A stretch of DNA of 64,000 nt from an uncultured Bacteroidaceae bacterium (lineage in GTDB: Bacteria > Bacteroidota > Bacteroidia > Bacteroidales > Bacteroidaceae): assembly GCA_964452915.1 (NCBI GenBank), contig CAYVNW010000008.1:4425-68424 (forward strand), given 5' to 3'. Position numbers and translations under genes: made by a program. How positions within the stretch are numbered: the first letter of the stretch is position 1; each line of letters begins with the position of its first letter. Below, piece by piece: positions 10,209 through 19,758 of this stretch. The notes beneath the pieces were generated by a model, which ran no database searches, was not told the DNA's origin, and was given only the letters and a program-made list of their open reading frames with translations.

Positions 10209-11531
10209 ATGTTAACATTAAAACAGATCACAGAACAGACAGACAAGGTCATCAAGGGCTTGGAGAAAAAACACTTTGACGGAGCAAAAGAAGCTATTGA
10301 AAAAGCTATAGAAATCGACAAAGACAGACGTGAGGCACAAACACGTCTCGACGCATGTCTTGCCGAACAAAAGAAATACTCAGCGCAAATCGGAATGCTT
10401 ATGAAACAAGGTAAGCGCGACGAAGCAGAAACGGTCAAGACAGAGGTGGCAAAGTTGAAGGAAGAATCACAAGCGCTGCAAACACGAATGAACAAGGCAG
10501 AGGAACAATTGGTGGCACACCTTTGCACCATTCCAAATGTTCCTTACGATGAAGTGCCTGAGGGAACAGGTGCGGCTGACAATGTAGTTGTCAAGTCAAG
10601 CTTGCGTGAATGTAAAGAAGGTGATACGGTAGGCAACTGGACAACCGTACCGACAAACAAAAACGCAAAGATACCACATTGGGAACTTGCAAAACAATAT
10701 AATCTCATCGACTTCGACCTCGGTGTGAAGATCTCCGGGGCCGGATTTCCTGTATACATAGGTAAGGGTGCACAATTGCAACGCGCACTCATCAACTTTT
10801 TTCTTGACGAAGCACGTAACGCCGGATATACAGAAGTAATGCCACCAACTGTGGTAAACGCCACTTCAGGCTATGGAACAGGACAGCTGCCAGACAAGGA
10901 AGGACAAATGTACCATTGTGAAGTCGACGATCTCTATCTCATCCCTACAGCCGAAGTGCCTGTAACAAATATTTACCGTGATGTCATTCTTGACGAAAAA
11001 GACCTTCCGATAAAGAACTGCGCATACACCGAGTGTTTCCGCCGTGAAGCAGGCAGCTATGGAAAGGACGTGCGCGGACTTAACCGTCTGCACGAATTCA
11101 GTAAAATTGAAATCGTGAGAATTGATACCCCAGAACATTCAAGGCAAAGCCATAAGGAGATGCTCGATCACGTTGAAGGACTGCTTAAAAAGTTGGAACT
11201 GCCTTACAGAATACTCCGTTTGTGCGGTGGCGACCAAAGTTTCACTTCCGCAATCTGCTATGACTTCGAAGTATATTCCGAGGCACAAGGCAGATGGCTC
11301 GAAGTCAGCTCGGTAAGCAACTTCGACACATATCAGGCAAACCGGCTGAAGTGCCGATACCGCGGAGCAGACAAGAAAGTACACTTGTGCCACACACTGA
11401 ACGGCTCGGCCCTTGCCCTGCCGCGCATCCTTGCGTCAATACTTGAAGACAACCAGACTGCCGACGGCATAGTGATTCCGGCAGCCCTGCGCAAATATAC
11501 AGGTTTTGATATTATATGTAACGACAAATGA
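10209..11531 (+). CDS. serS: serine--tRNA ligase
   Basis: N-terminal coiled-coil arm and a class II core (TECFRREAGSYGKDVRGLNRLHEF, GSALALPRILASILE). Confidence 0.95.
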   Translation: MLTLKQITEQTDKVIKGLEKKHFDGAKEAIEKAIEIDKDRREAQTRLDACLAEQKKYSAQIGMLMKQGKRDEAETVKTEVAKLKEESQALQTRMNKAEEQLVAHLCTIPNVPYDEVPEGTGAADNVVVKSSLRECKEGDTVGNWTTVPTNKNAKIPHWELAKQYNLIDFDLGVKISGAGFPVYIGKGAQLQRALINFFLDEARNAGYTEVMPPTVVNATSGYGTGQLPDKEGQMYHCEVDDLYLIPTAEVPVTNIYRDVILDEKDLPIKNCAYTECFRREAGSYGKDVRGLNRLHEFSKIEIVRIDTPEHSRQSHKEMLDHVEGLLKKLELPYRILRLCGGDQSFTSAICYDFEVYSEAQGRWLEVSSVSNFDTYQANRLKCRYRGADKKVHLCHTLNGSALALPRILASILEDNQTADGIVIPAALRKYTGFDIICNDK

Positions 11532-13876
11532 ACAAAATCGTTTCGAAAACACAGTTTAGCGAGAAGGTGTTTAAAATTGAAGTTGAAGCGCCTCTCATCG
11601 CAAAATCACGCAAAGCGGGACATTTCGTAATCGTACGCACTGGAGATAAAGGAGAGAGAATTCCACTCACCATAGCAGACAGCGACACACAACGCGGAAC
11701 AATCACTTTAGTTGTGCAAACTGTAGGCTATAGCACGACCAAGCTTTGCAATCTTAATGTAGGAGACTACATAACCGACGTGGTCGGACCACTGGGCCAG
11801 GCTACAAAAATAGAGAACTTCGGTACAGTCGTTTGTGCCGGGGGCGGCGTGGGTGTCGCACCTATGCTGCCTATCATAAAGGCCCTGAAAGAAGCGGGCA
11901 ACCGAGTTATCAGCGTGCTTGCCGGAAGGACAAAGGAGTTGATCATCCTTGAAGACGAAGTGCGAAAGCACTCTGACGAGGTCATCATAATGACCGATGA
12001 CGGCAGTTACGGACAGAAGGGAGTGGTTACGGTAGGGATAGAACAGGTTATCCTGCGTGAGAAAGTAGACAAATGCTTTGCCATCGGTCCTGCCATCATG
12101 ATGAAGTTCTGTTGCCTTCTGACAAAGAAGTACAACGTTCCTACCGATGTGTCACTCAACACCATCATGGTCGATGGTACAGGAATGTGCGGAGCTTGCC
12201 GCATCACCGTAGGAGGCAAGACACGGTTCGTATGTGTAGACGGACCAGAGTTCGATGGACACGAGGTCGACTTCGACGAGATGTTCAAGCGCTCTGGTGC
12301 GTTCAAGGATATAGAACTTGAGGAAATGAAAAAGCTGGAGGCTCATGTCAATGGTATCTCAGTTGATTTAAAGGCAGAACCGATCAAAGAAGATTCCTCC
12401 GGCATGACAACCGATACGCCTCTTGCCGAACTGCTCGACAGAAACTCTGCATGGCGTAAAACACTGCAAGCCTCTATGAAGCCTCGTGAACGATCTGCTA
12501 TCGAACGGTGTGTTATGCCGGAACTTGACCCCGTTTACCGTGCTACAACTCGTACCGAGGAAGTGAACCAAGGACTTACTACCGAACAAGCTCTCACTGA
12601 GGCTAAACGTTGTCTTGACTGTGCAAAACCAACATGCATGGAAGGTTGTCCGGTAAGCATAAACATTCCGTCATTCATTAAAAACATCGAACGTGGGCAA
12701 TTCCTTGAAGCTGCAAAAGTACTTAAGGCCACAAGTGCCCTGCCAGCTGTATGCGGCCGTGTGTGCCCTCAGGAAAAACAATGCGAGAGCAAATGTATCC
12801 ACGTAAAGATGAAACAGCCTGCGGTCGCAATTGGTAACCTTGAACGCTTTGCTGCTGACTACGAACGTAACTCAGGTAAAATGGCACTGCCTGAGTGCAA
12901 AATGCCGAATGGCATTAAAGTGGCTGTAGTCGGTTCGGGACCTGCAGGTCTCAGTTTTGCAGGTGATATGGCAAAGAACGGCTACGATGTGACTGTGTTC
13001 GAGGCCCTTCACGAAATAGGCGGTGTACTGAAATATGGTATTCCTGAGTTCCGTCTGCCAAATGCTATCGTCGACGTGGAGATAAACAATTTGGAAAAAA
13101 TAGGTGTACACTTCGTTAAGGATTGCATAGTAGGCAAGACAATAACCATAAACCAATTGGAACATAAGGGTTATAAAGGTATCTTTGTGGCTTCGGGAGC
13201 CGGATTGCCTAACTTCATGGGAATTCCAGGGGAGAACAGTATCAACATAATGTCTTCAAACGAATACCTCACACGCGTTAACTTGATGGACGCTTCAAAT
13301 CCAGAAAGCGATACACCAATCAACAAAGCACACCGTGTTATGGTTGTAGGTGGAGGAAACACAGCTATGGACTCATGCCGTACAGCAAAACGACTGGGAG
13401 CCGAGCGTGTATTTATTGCCTACAGACGTAGCGAAGCTGAAATGCCGGCACGGCTTGAGGAGGTAAAACATGCTAAGGAAGAAGGCATTGAGTTCATGAC
13501 CCTCCACAATCCGATCGAATACATAGCCGATGAAAAAGGCAAGGTATGCCAAGTAAAACTTCAGAAAATGAGACTTGGTGAACCTGACGCCTCGGGCAGA
13601 CGCAGTCCGGTGCCTATCGAAGGCGCAATCGAGACTATTGATATTGACATGGCAATCGTGGCAGTAGGTGTGTCACCAAATCCGCTGGTACCGAAATCAG
13701 TTGAAGGACTTGAACTCGGACGTAAGAACACCATCGCGGTGAACGACGAGATGCAATCAAGCATCCCGACCATCTATGCAGGGGGTGACATCGTGCGCGG
13801 AGGCGCAACTGTAATCCTTGCCATGGGTGACGGACGCCGTGCGGCACGATATATGAATGAGAATTTACAAAAATAA
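11528..13876 (+). CDS. fused PyrK-like / GltD-like oxidoreductase (NfnAB-type ferredoxin:NADP oxidoreductase or sulfide dehydrogenase-like)
   Basis: The N-terminal half is a PyrK-type FAD/NAD domain with 2Fe-2S CGACRITVGGKTRFVCVDGPEF. The C-terminal half is GltD-like (CLDCAKPTCMEGCPV, VAVVGSGPAGLSFAGD, VVGGGNTAMD). Its ATG overlaps the serS stop (ATGA). Confidence 0.85.
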   Translation: MNKIVSKTQFSEKVFKIEVEAPLIAKSRKAGHFVIVRTGDKGERIPLTIADSDTQRGTITLVVQTVGYSTTKLCNLNVGDYITDVVGPLGQATKIENFGTVVCAGGGVGVAPMLPIIKALKEAGNRVISVLAGRTKELIILEDEVRKHSDEVIIMTDDGSYGQKGVVTVGIEQVILREKVDKCFAIGPAIMMKFCCLLTKKYNVPTDVSLNTIMVDGTGMCGACRITVGGKTRFVCVDGPEFDGHEVDFDEMFKRSGAFKDIELEEMKKLEAHVNGISVDLKAEPIKEDSSGMTTDTPLAELLDRNSAWRKTLQASMKPRERSAIERCVMPELDPVYRATTRTEEVNQGLTTEQALTEAKRCLDCAKPTCMEGCPVSINIPSFIKNIERGQFLEAAKVLKATSALPAVCGRVCPQEKQCESKCIHVKMKQPAVAIGNLERFAADYERNSGKMALPECKMPNGIKVAVVGSGPAGLSFAGDMAKNGYDVTVFEALHEIGGVLKYGIPEFRLPNAIVDVEINNLEKIGVHFVKDCIVGKTITINQLEHKGYKGIFVASGAGLPNFMGIPGENSINIMSSNEYLTRVNLMDASNPESDTPINKAHRVMVVGGGNTAMDSCRTAKRLGAERVFIAYRRSEAEMPARLEEVKHAKEEGIEFMTLHNPIEYIADEKGKVCQVKLQKMRLGEPDASGRRSPVPIEGAIETIDIDMAIVAVGVSPNPLVPKSVEGLELGRKNTIAVNDEMQSSIPTIYAGGDIVRGGATVILAMGDGRRAARYMNENLQK

Positions 13877-13883
13877 TAATCGA

Positions 13884-13914
13884 CATACTCCGGACATTCA
13901 CAAGCCGGAGTATG
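13884..13914 (+). other. perfect 10-bp stem-loop between nfnAB-like gene and nucleoside phosphorylase gene
   Basis: CATACTCCGG-ACATTCACAAG-CCGGAGTATG with no U-tract after it. Could be an attenuator, a processing site or a weak terminator. Confidence 0.45.
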
Positions 13915-13935
13915 CCCCTTAAAATTAATAGGCTT

Positions 13936-14817
13936 ATGGCAACTTATTTCGCACCATCCGAACTCATCATCAACGATGATGGCAGTTCATTCCACTTGCA
14001 CATAACTCCGGAACAACTGGCAGACAAAGTAGTAATGTGTGGCGACCCCGACAGGGTTCCATTGATCGCCTCATTCTTCGACAGTAAGGAATGTGACGTT
14101 CAAAGCCGAGAATTCCATACAATCACCGGCACATATAAAGGAAAGCGCATCACAGCCATATCACACGGTATTGGATGTGACAACATCGACATTGTAGCTA
14201 CCGAACTTGACGCACTGAAGAATATTGACTTCAAGACGCGCCATCTCAAGGACAAACAGACGAGCATGGACATGATACGCATCGGCACATGCGGAGGCTT
14301 ACAGAAAAACACTCCCATCGGTACGTTCGTATGCAGTGAGAAATCAATAGGAATAGAAGGCCTACTGAACTACTATGCCGACCGTGATAAAATATGTGAC
14401 CTTGAGTTTGAAAAAGCGTTCACCGATTATGTAGGATGGGACTACCACTATCTGCCGGCACCTTATGTTGTTGACAACAGCCAGTCGTTACTTGAGCAAA
14501 TATTCGATGCCGATCGTGGCATGGTTCGCGGTGTGACCATCTCATGTGGAGGCTTTTATGGACCTCAGGGACGCGAAATCCGTATACCACTCGCCTACCC
14601 TCACCTCAACGAACATATCTGCAATTTCGAATGGAACGGATATCGAATAACCAACTTCGAGATGGAAAGTGCGGCCCTTGCAGGTATGTGCAAGCACCTT
14701 GGCCATCGTTCACTGACTGTATGTATGGTCATAGCCAACCGTATAGCACATGAAGCCAACACAGGATATAAAAACACGATTGGTGACTTAATCCAACTGG
14801 TACTTGAGAAAATATAA
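13936..14817 (+). CDS. nucleoside phosphorylase (PNP/UDP family)
   Basis: VVMCGDPDRVPLIA, ITGTYKGKRITAISHGIG, RIGTCGG, FEMESAAL. ATG 13936 chosen because the longer ORF start lies inside the hairpin. Confidence 0.8.
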   Translation: MATYFAPSELIINDDGSSFHLHITPEQLADKVVMCGDPDRVPLIASFFDSKECDVQSREFHTITGTYKGKRITAISHGIGCDNIDIVATELDALKNIDFKTRHLKDKQTSMDMIRIGTCGGLQKNTPIGTFVCSEKSIGIEGLLNYYADRDKICDLEFEKAFTDYVGWDYHYLPAPYVVDNSQSLLEQIFDADRGMVRGVTISCGGFYGPQGREIRIPLAYPHLNEHICNFEWNGYRITNFEMESAALAGMCKHLGHRSLTVCMVIANRIAHEANTGYKNTIGDLIQLVLEKI

Positions 14818-15291
14818 ATGGAAAAGCAGGAACATTACAAGCAATTCATACACGACTTGCGGCTACTCATAAGCGATGAGCATGAAGAAGTAAGTGTATT
14901 GGCAAACATAGCCGCATCCCTGCACGAAGAGTTCGTTTTTTTTTGGGTCGGCTTCTATCTTGTACGTCAAAAAAATGCTACAGAGCAATGTCTCATACTT
15001 GGACCATTCCAAGGCAGCCCAGCCTGCTATCGAATAGCATACGGCAAAGGCGTATGCGGAACGGCATGGAGAGAGTGCCGTTCGCAAGTAGTACCTAATG
15101 TCGAACTGTTTCCAGGACATATTGCGTGCAGCAGCTTGTCACGTTCTGAACTTGTAGTTCCTATATTTAATAGAAAAAACGAGGTGGTAGCGGTCCTTGA
15201 TATTGACAGCGATCACCTCGCATTCTTTGACGAAACCGACCGACACTATATGGAACAATTGTGCCAAATCATTACCGACACACTCTACTGA
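14818..15291 (+). CDS. GAF-domain protein (free methionine-R-sulfoxide reductase-like)
   Basis: 157 aa. WVGFYLV, GPFQGSPACYRIAYGKGVCGTAW and VPDV-like NVELFPGHIAC resemble the YebR/fRMsr signature. ATG abuts the upstream stop. Confidence 0.78.
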   Translation: MEKQEHYKQFIHDLRLLISDEHEEVSVLANIAASLHEEFVFFWVGFYLVRQKNATEQCLILGPFQGSPACYRIAYGKGVCGTAWRECRSQVVPNVELFPGHIACSSLSRSELVVPIFNRKNEVVAVLDIDSDHLAFFDETDRHYMEQLCQIITDTLY

Positions 15292-15379
15292 CCCACAATC
15301 CTTCCACCTTATACGTTATTTTGTCATTTCAAAACCTGACAATCCACCACACCATCATGGGCATTGCGGACTTATCATT

Positions 15380-15871
15380 TTAATCTCCGTACATAAATTG
15401 GCTAAACCTGTCGATTACAACCTGTCTTAGCGTCTCAGGCATGTCCTTTATGCCATTATAATACTTCTCGTACGCATTTCTGGTATACATGATATTAAAT
15501 TCTGATTTCAGTTGTGTCAGTGTTGGTTTTTTTATTATTCCCACTTCAACCGCTGCATGTAATATATGTCCAAGATTCTTGCCTCCTTTTTCTTCAACAA
15601 TAGTATGTAAAATCCCCATTATCTCATCTTTATGATTCTCGTCCAAAATGCATTCAACAAACGGCTTAGACTTCTTATGCCTTGGTAGAACGACAACTGG
15701 CTGGTCTACACCTGTATCCTTAGAAATATGTATGTAAGTACCCTCCAATACCTTAACACTATTTTCCACATAAGATTGGACTTTTGTGGTAATTTCGGTG
15801 ACAGCCCACTTTTCATTTATGTCTACCTTTGACTCTTTCTCTTCCATTAAAGGAGTCCGTATTTCAATCAT
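15380..15871 (-). CDS. hypothetical protein, unknown family (paralogue of 47218-47748)
   Basis: 52 of 101 residues are identical in a gapless core alignment with the 176-aa ORF (SKDT, ENHK.EI, KGG, PT..Q..SEF, AYEKYYNG.KDMPE). Has its own promoter box. Confidence 0.7.
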   Translation of the reverse strand: MIEIRTPLMEEKESKVDINEKWAVTEITTKVQSYVENSVKVLEGTYIHISKDTGVDQPVVVLPRHKKSKPFVECILDENHKDEIMGILHTIVEEKGGKNLGHILHAAVEVGIIKKPTLTQLKSEFNIMYTRNAYEKYYNGIKDMPETLRQVVIDRFSQFMYGD

Positions 15872-15897
15872 CTCTTTGCCTTTGATTTATTTCACTG

Positions 15898-15905
15898 CAA
15901 AGATA
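15898..15905 (-). promoter_or_regulatory. -7 promoter box TAnnTTTG (TATCTTTG)
   Basis: Exact match 26 nt upstream of ATG 15871. A -33-type TTTG (CAAA on +) at 15925-15928 gives 19-nt spacing. Confidence 0.65.
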
Positions 15906-15922
15906 CGCATGTTTCATATAAC

Positions 15923-15954
15923 CACAAAATTAATCCAGTCGCATTTAGTTGCAC
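15923..15954 (-). promoter_or_regulatory. conserved -33 / upstream element shared with the paralogue promoter
   Basis: CACAAAATTAATCCAGTCGCATTTAGTTGCAC versus 47801-47832 AGCAAAATAAATTGAGTTACATTTAGTCGCAT: 23 of 32 identical, at identical 17-nt spacing from the -7 box. Confidence 0.5.
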
Positions 15955-16069
15955 TTTTTATAATTTGATTTGAACACGATGAATTGTTAATTATATTATT
16001 TATTGTACATAATGCCACGATGTACAGTACTTACAGAAATTTGCCTACATTCGGAATGGGTGATTTCTC

Positions 16070-16093
16070 AAAAACCACGCAAGTTTGACTTGC
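16070..16093 (-). terminator. possible terminator after the C11-peptidase gene
   Basis: On the - strand, GCAAGT-CAA-ACTTGC followed by GTGGTTTTT, about 75 nt past the stop at 16167. Confidence 0.45.
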
Positions 16094-16166
16094 CTCTCAA
16101 ATTGCACCATTTGGAACTTACTGTGTAAGAGATGACAGACATGGAGTGTCCCGACAGTATGTTCAT

Positions 16167-17426
16167 TTATTTTATATCAAACTGACTGCCCCATGCTGTT
16201 TTATAATAGTACTGATAGAAAGGCTGTGACTTATATTTCTCAAGTGGCAGGTACATGCTGACGCCACCACACTGGTCCTGGATGACCTCCATAGTGTCAC
16301 GGTTGTATGCACTGTACCATCCGGACGATGCATATTTGTATGGAACAAGTGAGTCAAACGCAGTCTTCCACTGCACATAGTCAGCCGATGAAAGTACTTT
16401 AAGCATTATAGCCTGTACATCGTAATAGTCTGGATAGTTTATGGCATCCGAATAAGATAAAGAATTCCATTGGTACAAATAGTAATCGAGACAATCTGTG
16501 TACAGTGAATCGTCAAGAAATTCATAACGTGCGAACAGGTCGGACATTACATATACATAAGCCGGAAACGCTTCAGTCTTTATAGCAGAAATCACAACAC
16601 CATAAGGACCGGTCCCATAATAAGCATAGTAGTTGTAAGCCATCGCCTGTGGAGAGAAAGATGTAGCAAACATAGTTGCCACGACATTCTGATAAGGCGC
16701 ACCTTGTGCAGGAGTCTCAGCAGGTGAGCCAATAATATACTTGGCTGTGTTGCGTAATTCGTAAGCCACTTCCATTGTTTGCATGAAACACGCATCGAAC
16801 AATATAAACTCCAACTTAGGGAAATTAGAAAGTACAGACGCCATATCCTTGATTTCCATGCGACTGCCTGAGTTAGATGTCGAGTTATGACCGTTATCAA
16901 CTCCAAATGTCTTGCGATGACGTATTTGTGCAGACTCTTCACTGGAATTTTGCGGATCGTTTATCCAACCAGAACCATGCGACCACATCACAAGTCCATA
17001 GCTGTCAGTCTTGTAGTTGCTGAAGAAATAAGAAAGCACCTCGGAAAACGTCTCGGGTGAGGCAGAGTCCATTTCATTAGAATATGTAAACTTTGGTTGT
17101 AACGATGTATAAGAAACAGCAGAAGTCTTATTGGTTATCTCATAAATACGTGGATAACTGGTATCATCAACGTACACAACCAAACGATCGTTTTTCCCCA
17201 ATTGAGCCTTGGCCGTCAGCATTTCATTGATATCGGCCTGTACAAAATCCTTCAACGAATTCTCCGCCACGATATATACCAGCACAGCACGAGACAACGT
17301 AGGTTCATCATCATTCTCATCCTTGCTGCACGCACTGGTTACAGCCAAAGAAACAGCGACTGTGATCCAGCAAGAAAGGGTAATGAAATATTTATTTAAG
17401 CAACCATGAAGTTTAGATAACGACAT
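16167..17426 (-). CDS. clostripain-related (peptidase C11 family) lipoprotein
   Basis: Lipobox VTSAC; His-Gly and Ala-Cys catalytic contexts VMWSHGSGW and ILFDACFMQ; VLVYIVAENSL block. Confidence 0.8.
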   Translation of the reverse strand: MSLSKLHGCLNKYFITLSCWITVAVSLAVTSACSKDENDDEPTLSRAVLVYIVAENSLKDFVQADINEMLTAKAQLGKNDRLVVYVDDTSYPRIYEITNKTSAVSYTSLQPKFTYSNEMDSASPETFSEVLSYFFSNYKTDSYGLVMWSHGSGWINDPQNSSEESAQIRHRKTFGVDNGHNSTSNSGSRMEIKDMASVLSNFPKLEFILFDACFMQTMEVAYELRNTAKYIIGSPAETPAQGAPYQNVVATMFATSFSPQAMAYNYYAYYGTGPYGVVISAIKTEAFPAYVYVMSDLFARYEFLDDSLYTDCLDYYLYQWNSLSYSDAINYPDYYDVQAIMLKVLSSADYVQWKTAFDSLVPYKYASSGWYSAYNRDTMEVIQDQCGGVSMYLPLEKYKSQPFYQYYYKTAWGSQFDIK

Positions 17427-17979
17427 TTGTCAAGTCCGTAACCGATTGTAGTTTAAATCTGTCCTCCGTAACAAAAACAACATGCATACCACTCTTGGTA
17501 TTCTCGTATTTCTTCAACAGTTTAGTGAAACGCTTCATAAGTTTCTTTTTGTCCTTGTCGAAGAACACGGCACAGGTTTGGTTCTGTGTGCCATAAGCAG
17601 TTGCAAGCCAATCTATAAACTGGCGGCTATAGTATGAACGATAGTAAAGGAAGTCGTACTTCTTTGTCAGTTGCACACTATCGACTTCCTGTATGCTTGT
17701 AAAATAGACAATGGTATCACCGAATTCAGCCGATATACAGAACATGTAAACAGGAGTCAGATAAACAGCGGCATTCTTCATCTCGATCTGTTTTGCCTTT
17801 ATTTTCTCCTCTTTAGTCATCTTCTTTTTTGGTTGTTTGACAGCTTTGTCATTGCCTTTAACGTTACCTTCTGCCGGAGGCATCATATCAGAACTTTCCT
17901 CCGATATTTGGCAGTACGACTGCATTGACACCAACATCAATATCAAAACAGCTATGGAAAATTTCAGTGATGTCCTCAT
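17413..17979 (-). CDS. hypothetical secreted protein
   Basis: Signal peptide MRTSLKFSIAVLILMLVSMQSYC followed by a lysine-rich linker. Overlaps the downstream gene by 14 nt and starts 7 nt after the rpoD stop. Confidence 0.6.
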   Translation of the reverse strand: MRTSLKFSIAVLILMLVSMQSYCQISEESSDMMPPAEGNVKGNDKAVKQPKKKMTKEEKIKAKQIEMKNAAVYLTPVYMFCISAEFGDTIVYFTSIQEVDSVQLTKKYDFLYYRSYYSRQFIDWLATAYGTQNQTCAVFFDKDKKKLMKRFTKLLKKYENTKSGMHVVFVTEDRFKLQSVTDLTNVVI

Positions 17980-17986
17980 AAGCGTC

Positions 17987-18847
17987 TTATCCCAAGTAAG
18001 ATTTAAGCAGCCGGCTTCGTGAATTCTGTCGTAACCGGCGAATAGCCTTTTCTTTTATTTGGCGTACACGCTCACGTGTCAGGCCGAACTCCTGTCCGAT
18101 TTCTTCCAATGTACGTTCAGGGCCACCTATACCGAAAAACATACGGATAATGTCTTTCTCACGAGGAGTCAGAGTATCAAGCGCACGATCGATTTCTTTT
18201 GAGAGCGACTCATTAACAAGAGTCTTGTCTGCCATAGGGCTGTCATCATTGACCAGCACATCGAGTAAACTGTTGTCCTCACCTTCCACGAACGGAGCGT
18301 CTACACTGATGTGACGTCCTTGTACCTTTAATGTATCACCTATTTTTTCTACAGGCAGACCTATCAGTCCGGCGAGTTCTTCTGAAGAAGGACGCCTTTC
18401 GTTCTCCTGCTCAAATTTGGCCAGAGCCTTCGATATCTTATTAAGCGACCCTACCTGGTTCAAAGGGAGTCGCACAATACGCGCCTGCTCTGCCAACGCC
18501 TGCAGAATACTCTGTCGTATCCACCACACGGCATAAGAAATAAATTTGAAGCCACGTGTCTCATCAAATTTCTCAGCAGCTTTAATTAGACCAAGATTTC
18601 CTTCATTGATCAAGTCAGGCAAGCTCAATCCTTGATTTTGATATTGCTTCGCAACAGAAACAACAAAACGTAAATTTGCTTTGGTGAGTTTTTCTAATGC
18701 TTTCCTGTCGCCTTTTCTGATACGTGCGGCAAGTTCAACCTCTTCCTCAACCGTTATTAATTCCTCACGACCAATCTCCTGAAGATACTTATCGAGTGAC
18801 GCACTTTCACGATTGGTAATGCTCTTTGTAATCTTTAATTGTCTCAT
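17987..18847 (-). CDS. rpoD: RNA polymerase primary sigma factor
   Basis: 286 aa. Regions 2-4 present ([51 protein letters not shown]). Confidence 0.95.
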   Translation of the reverse strand: MRQLKITKSITNRESASLDKYLQEIGREELITVEEEVELAARIRKGDRKALEKLTKANLRFVVSVAKQYQNQGLSLPDLINEGNLGLIKAAEKFDETRGFKFISYAVWWIRQSILQALAEQARIVRLPLNQVGSLNKISKALAKFEQENERRPSSEELAGLIGLPVEKIGDTLKVQGRHISVDAPFVEGEDNSLLDVLVNDDSPMADKTLVNESLSKEIDRALDTLTPREKDIIRMFFGIGGPERTLEEIGQEFGLTRERVRQIKEKAIRRLRQNSRSRLLKSYLG

Positions 18848-18870
18848 TCTTACATGTTCGAATTAGCGTG

Positions 18871-18878
18871 CAAATTTA
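18871..18878 (-). promoter_or_regulatory. -7 promoter box TAnnTTTG (TAAATTTG)
   Basis: Exact match 23 nt upstream of the rpoD ATG 18847. Confidence 0.6.
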
Positions 18879-18949
18879 CAACAAAAATGCTTTCAGTGAG
18901 TGATTGTCTCGAAAAAAATTATTTACTTTGTAAAAAATAAAGAGTTAAG

Positions 18950-19636
18950 ATGACAAAACAAGAAAGAATTGACAACATTATCGCATATTTCCAAAGTGAG
19001 ATGCCAAACGCAAAAACAGAACTGCACTTCGATTCTACCTTTCAGTTGTTGATAGCTGTTGTACTAAGTGCACAATGCACAGACAAGCGAGTGAACATGA
19101 TTACCCCCGCATTGTTTAAAGCCTTCCCTACTCCACAATCACTTGCCTCGGCAACAACAGACCAAATATTGCACTATATTGGCAGTGTCAGTTATCCCAA
19201 CAGCAAAGCAATACATCTGATAAAACTGTCACGCATGCTGATTGACGACTTCAATGGAGAAGTACCATCGGACATGGACAATCTGACCAAACTGCCAGGA
19301 GTAGGCAGGAAAACGGCGAACGTGGTTATGAACGTGGCATTCGGAAAAGAGACTATGCCCGTGGACACACATGTGTTCAGAGTCAGCCATCGCTTGGGAT
19401 TAGTGCCAAGACGGTGCACCACACCATTTAGCGTAGAAAAAGAACTGACAAAGATTCTGCCGCCTCACCTCATGTCGCTGATGCACCATTGGCTGATACT
19501 TCACGGAAGATACGTATGCAATGCCATAAAGCCAAAGTGTGACCAATGCGGCATCAGATACTTTTGCACGACATACGAGAAAGCACACAAACATAATCTG
19601 AATAATACAAAAACAAGCACACTGTCACAGCAATGA
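18950..19636 (+). CDS. nth: endonuclease III
   Basis: HhH-GPD (LPGVGRKTANVV), DTHVFRVSHRLG and the FeS cluster loop CNAIKPKCDQCGIRYFC. Confidence 0.93.
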   Translation: MTKQERIDNIIAYFQSEMPNAKTELHFDSTFQLLIAVVLSAQCTDKRVNMITPALFKAFPTPQSLASATTDQILHYIGSVSYPNSKAIHLIKLSRMLIDDFNGEVPSDMDNLTKLPGVGRKTANVVMNVAFGKETMPVDTHVFRVSHRLGLVPRRCTTPFSVEKELTKILPPHLMSLMHHWLILHGRYVCNAIKPKCDQCGIRYFCTTYEKAHKHNLNNTKTSTLSQQ

Positions 19637-19701
19637 AACGCAGAAAAGTCAGTTTTGCAAAAAAAGCAGTTTCCAATAAACTACATGTCACAGAAATTCA
19701 T

Positions 19702-19709
19702 TATCTTTG
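19702..19709 (+). promoter_or_regulatory. -7 promoter box TAnnTTTG (TATCTTTG)
   Basis: Exact match 49 nt upstream of the pgk ATG 19759. Confidence 0.6.
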
Positions 19710-19758
19710 CAAACAAATATGCGAATAAACGAACATTATTTTTTAAACACAATAAGCT

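Noticed and set aside
9391-10531. 194-aa and 190-aa ORFs antisense to the purH-like gene, the small ORF and serS
   Set aside because: These are shadow ORFs opposite strongly supported genes. Their translations are Cys/Ser-rich with no recognisable features.
18924-18930. TACTTTG upstream of nth as a -7 box
   Set aside because: It is one nucleotide short of the TAnnTTTG spacing. It could be a degenerate promoter, but I did not list it as a feature.
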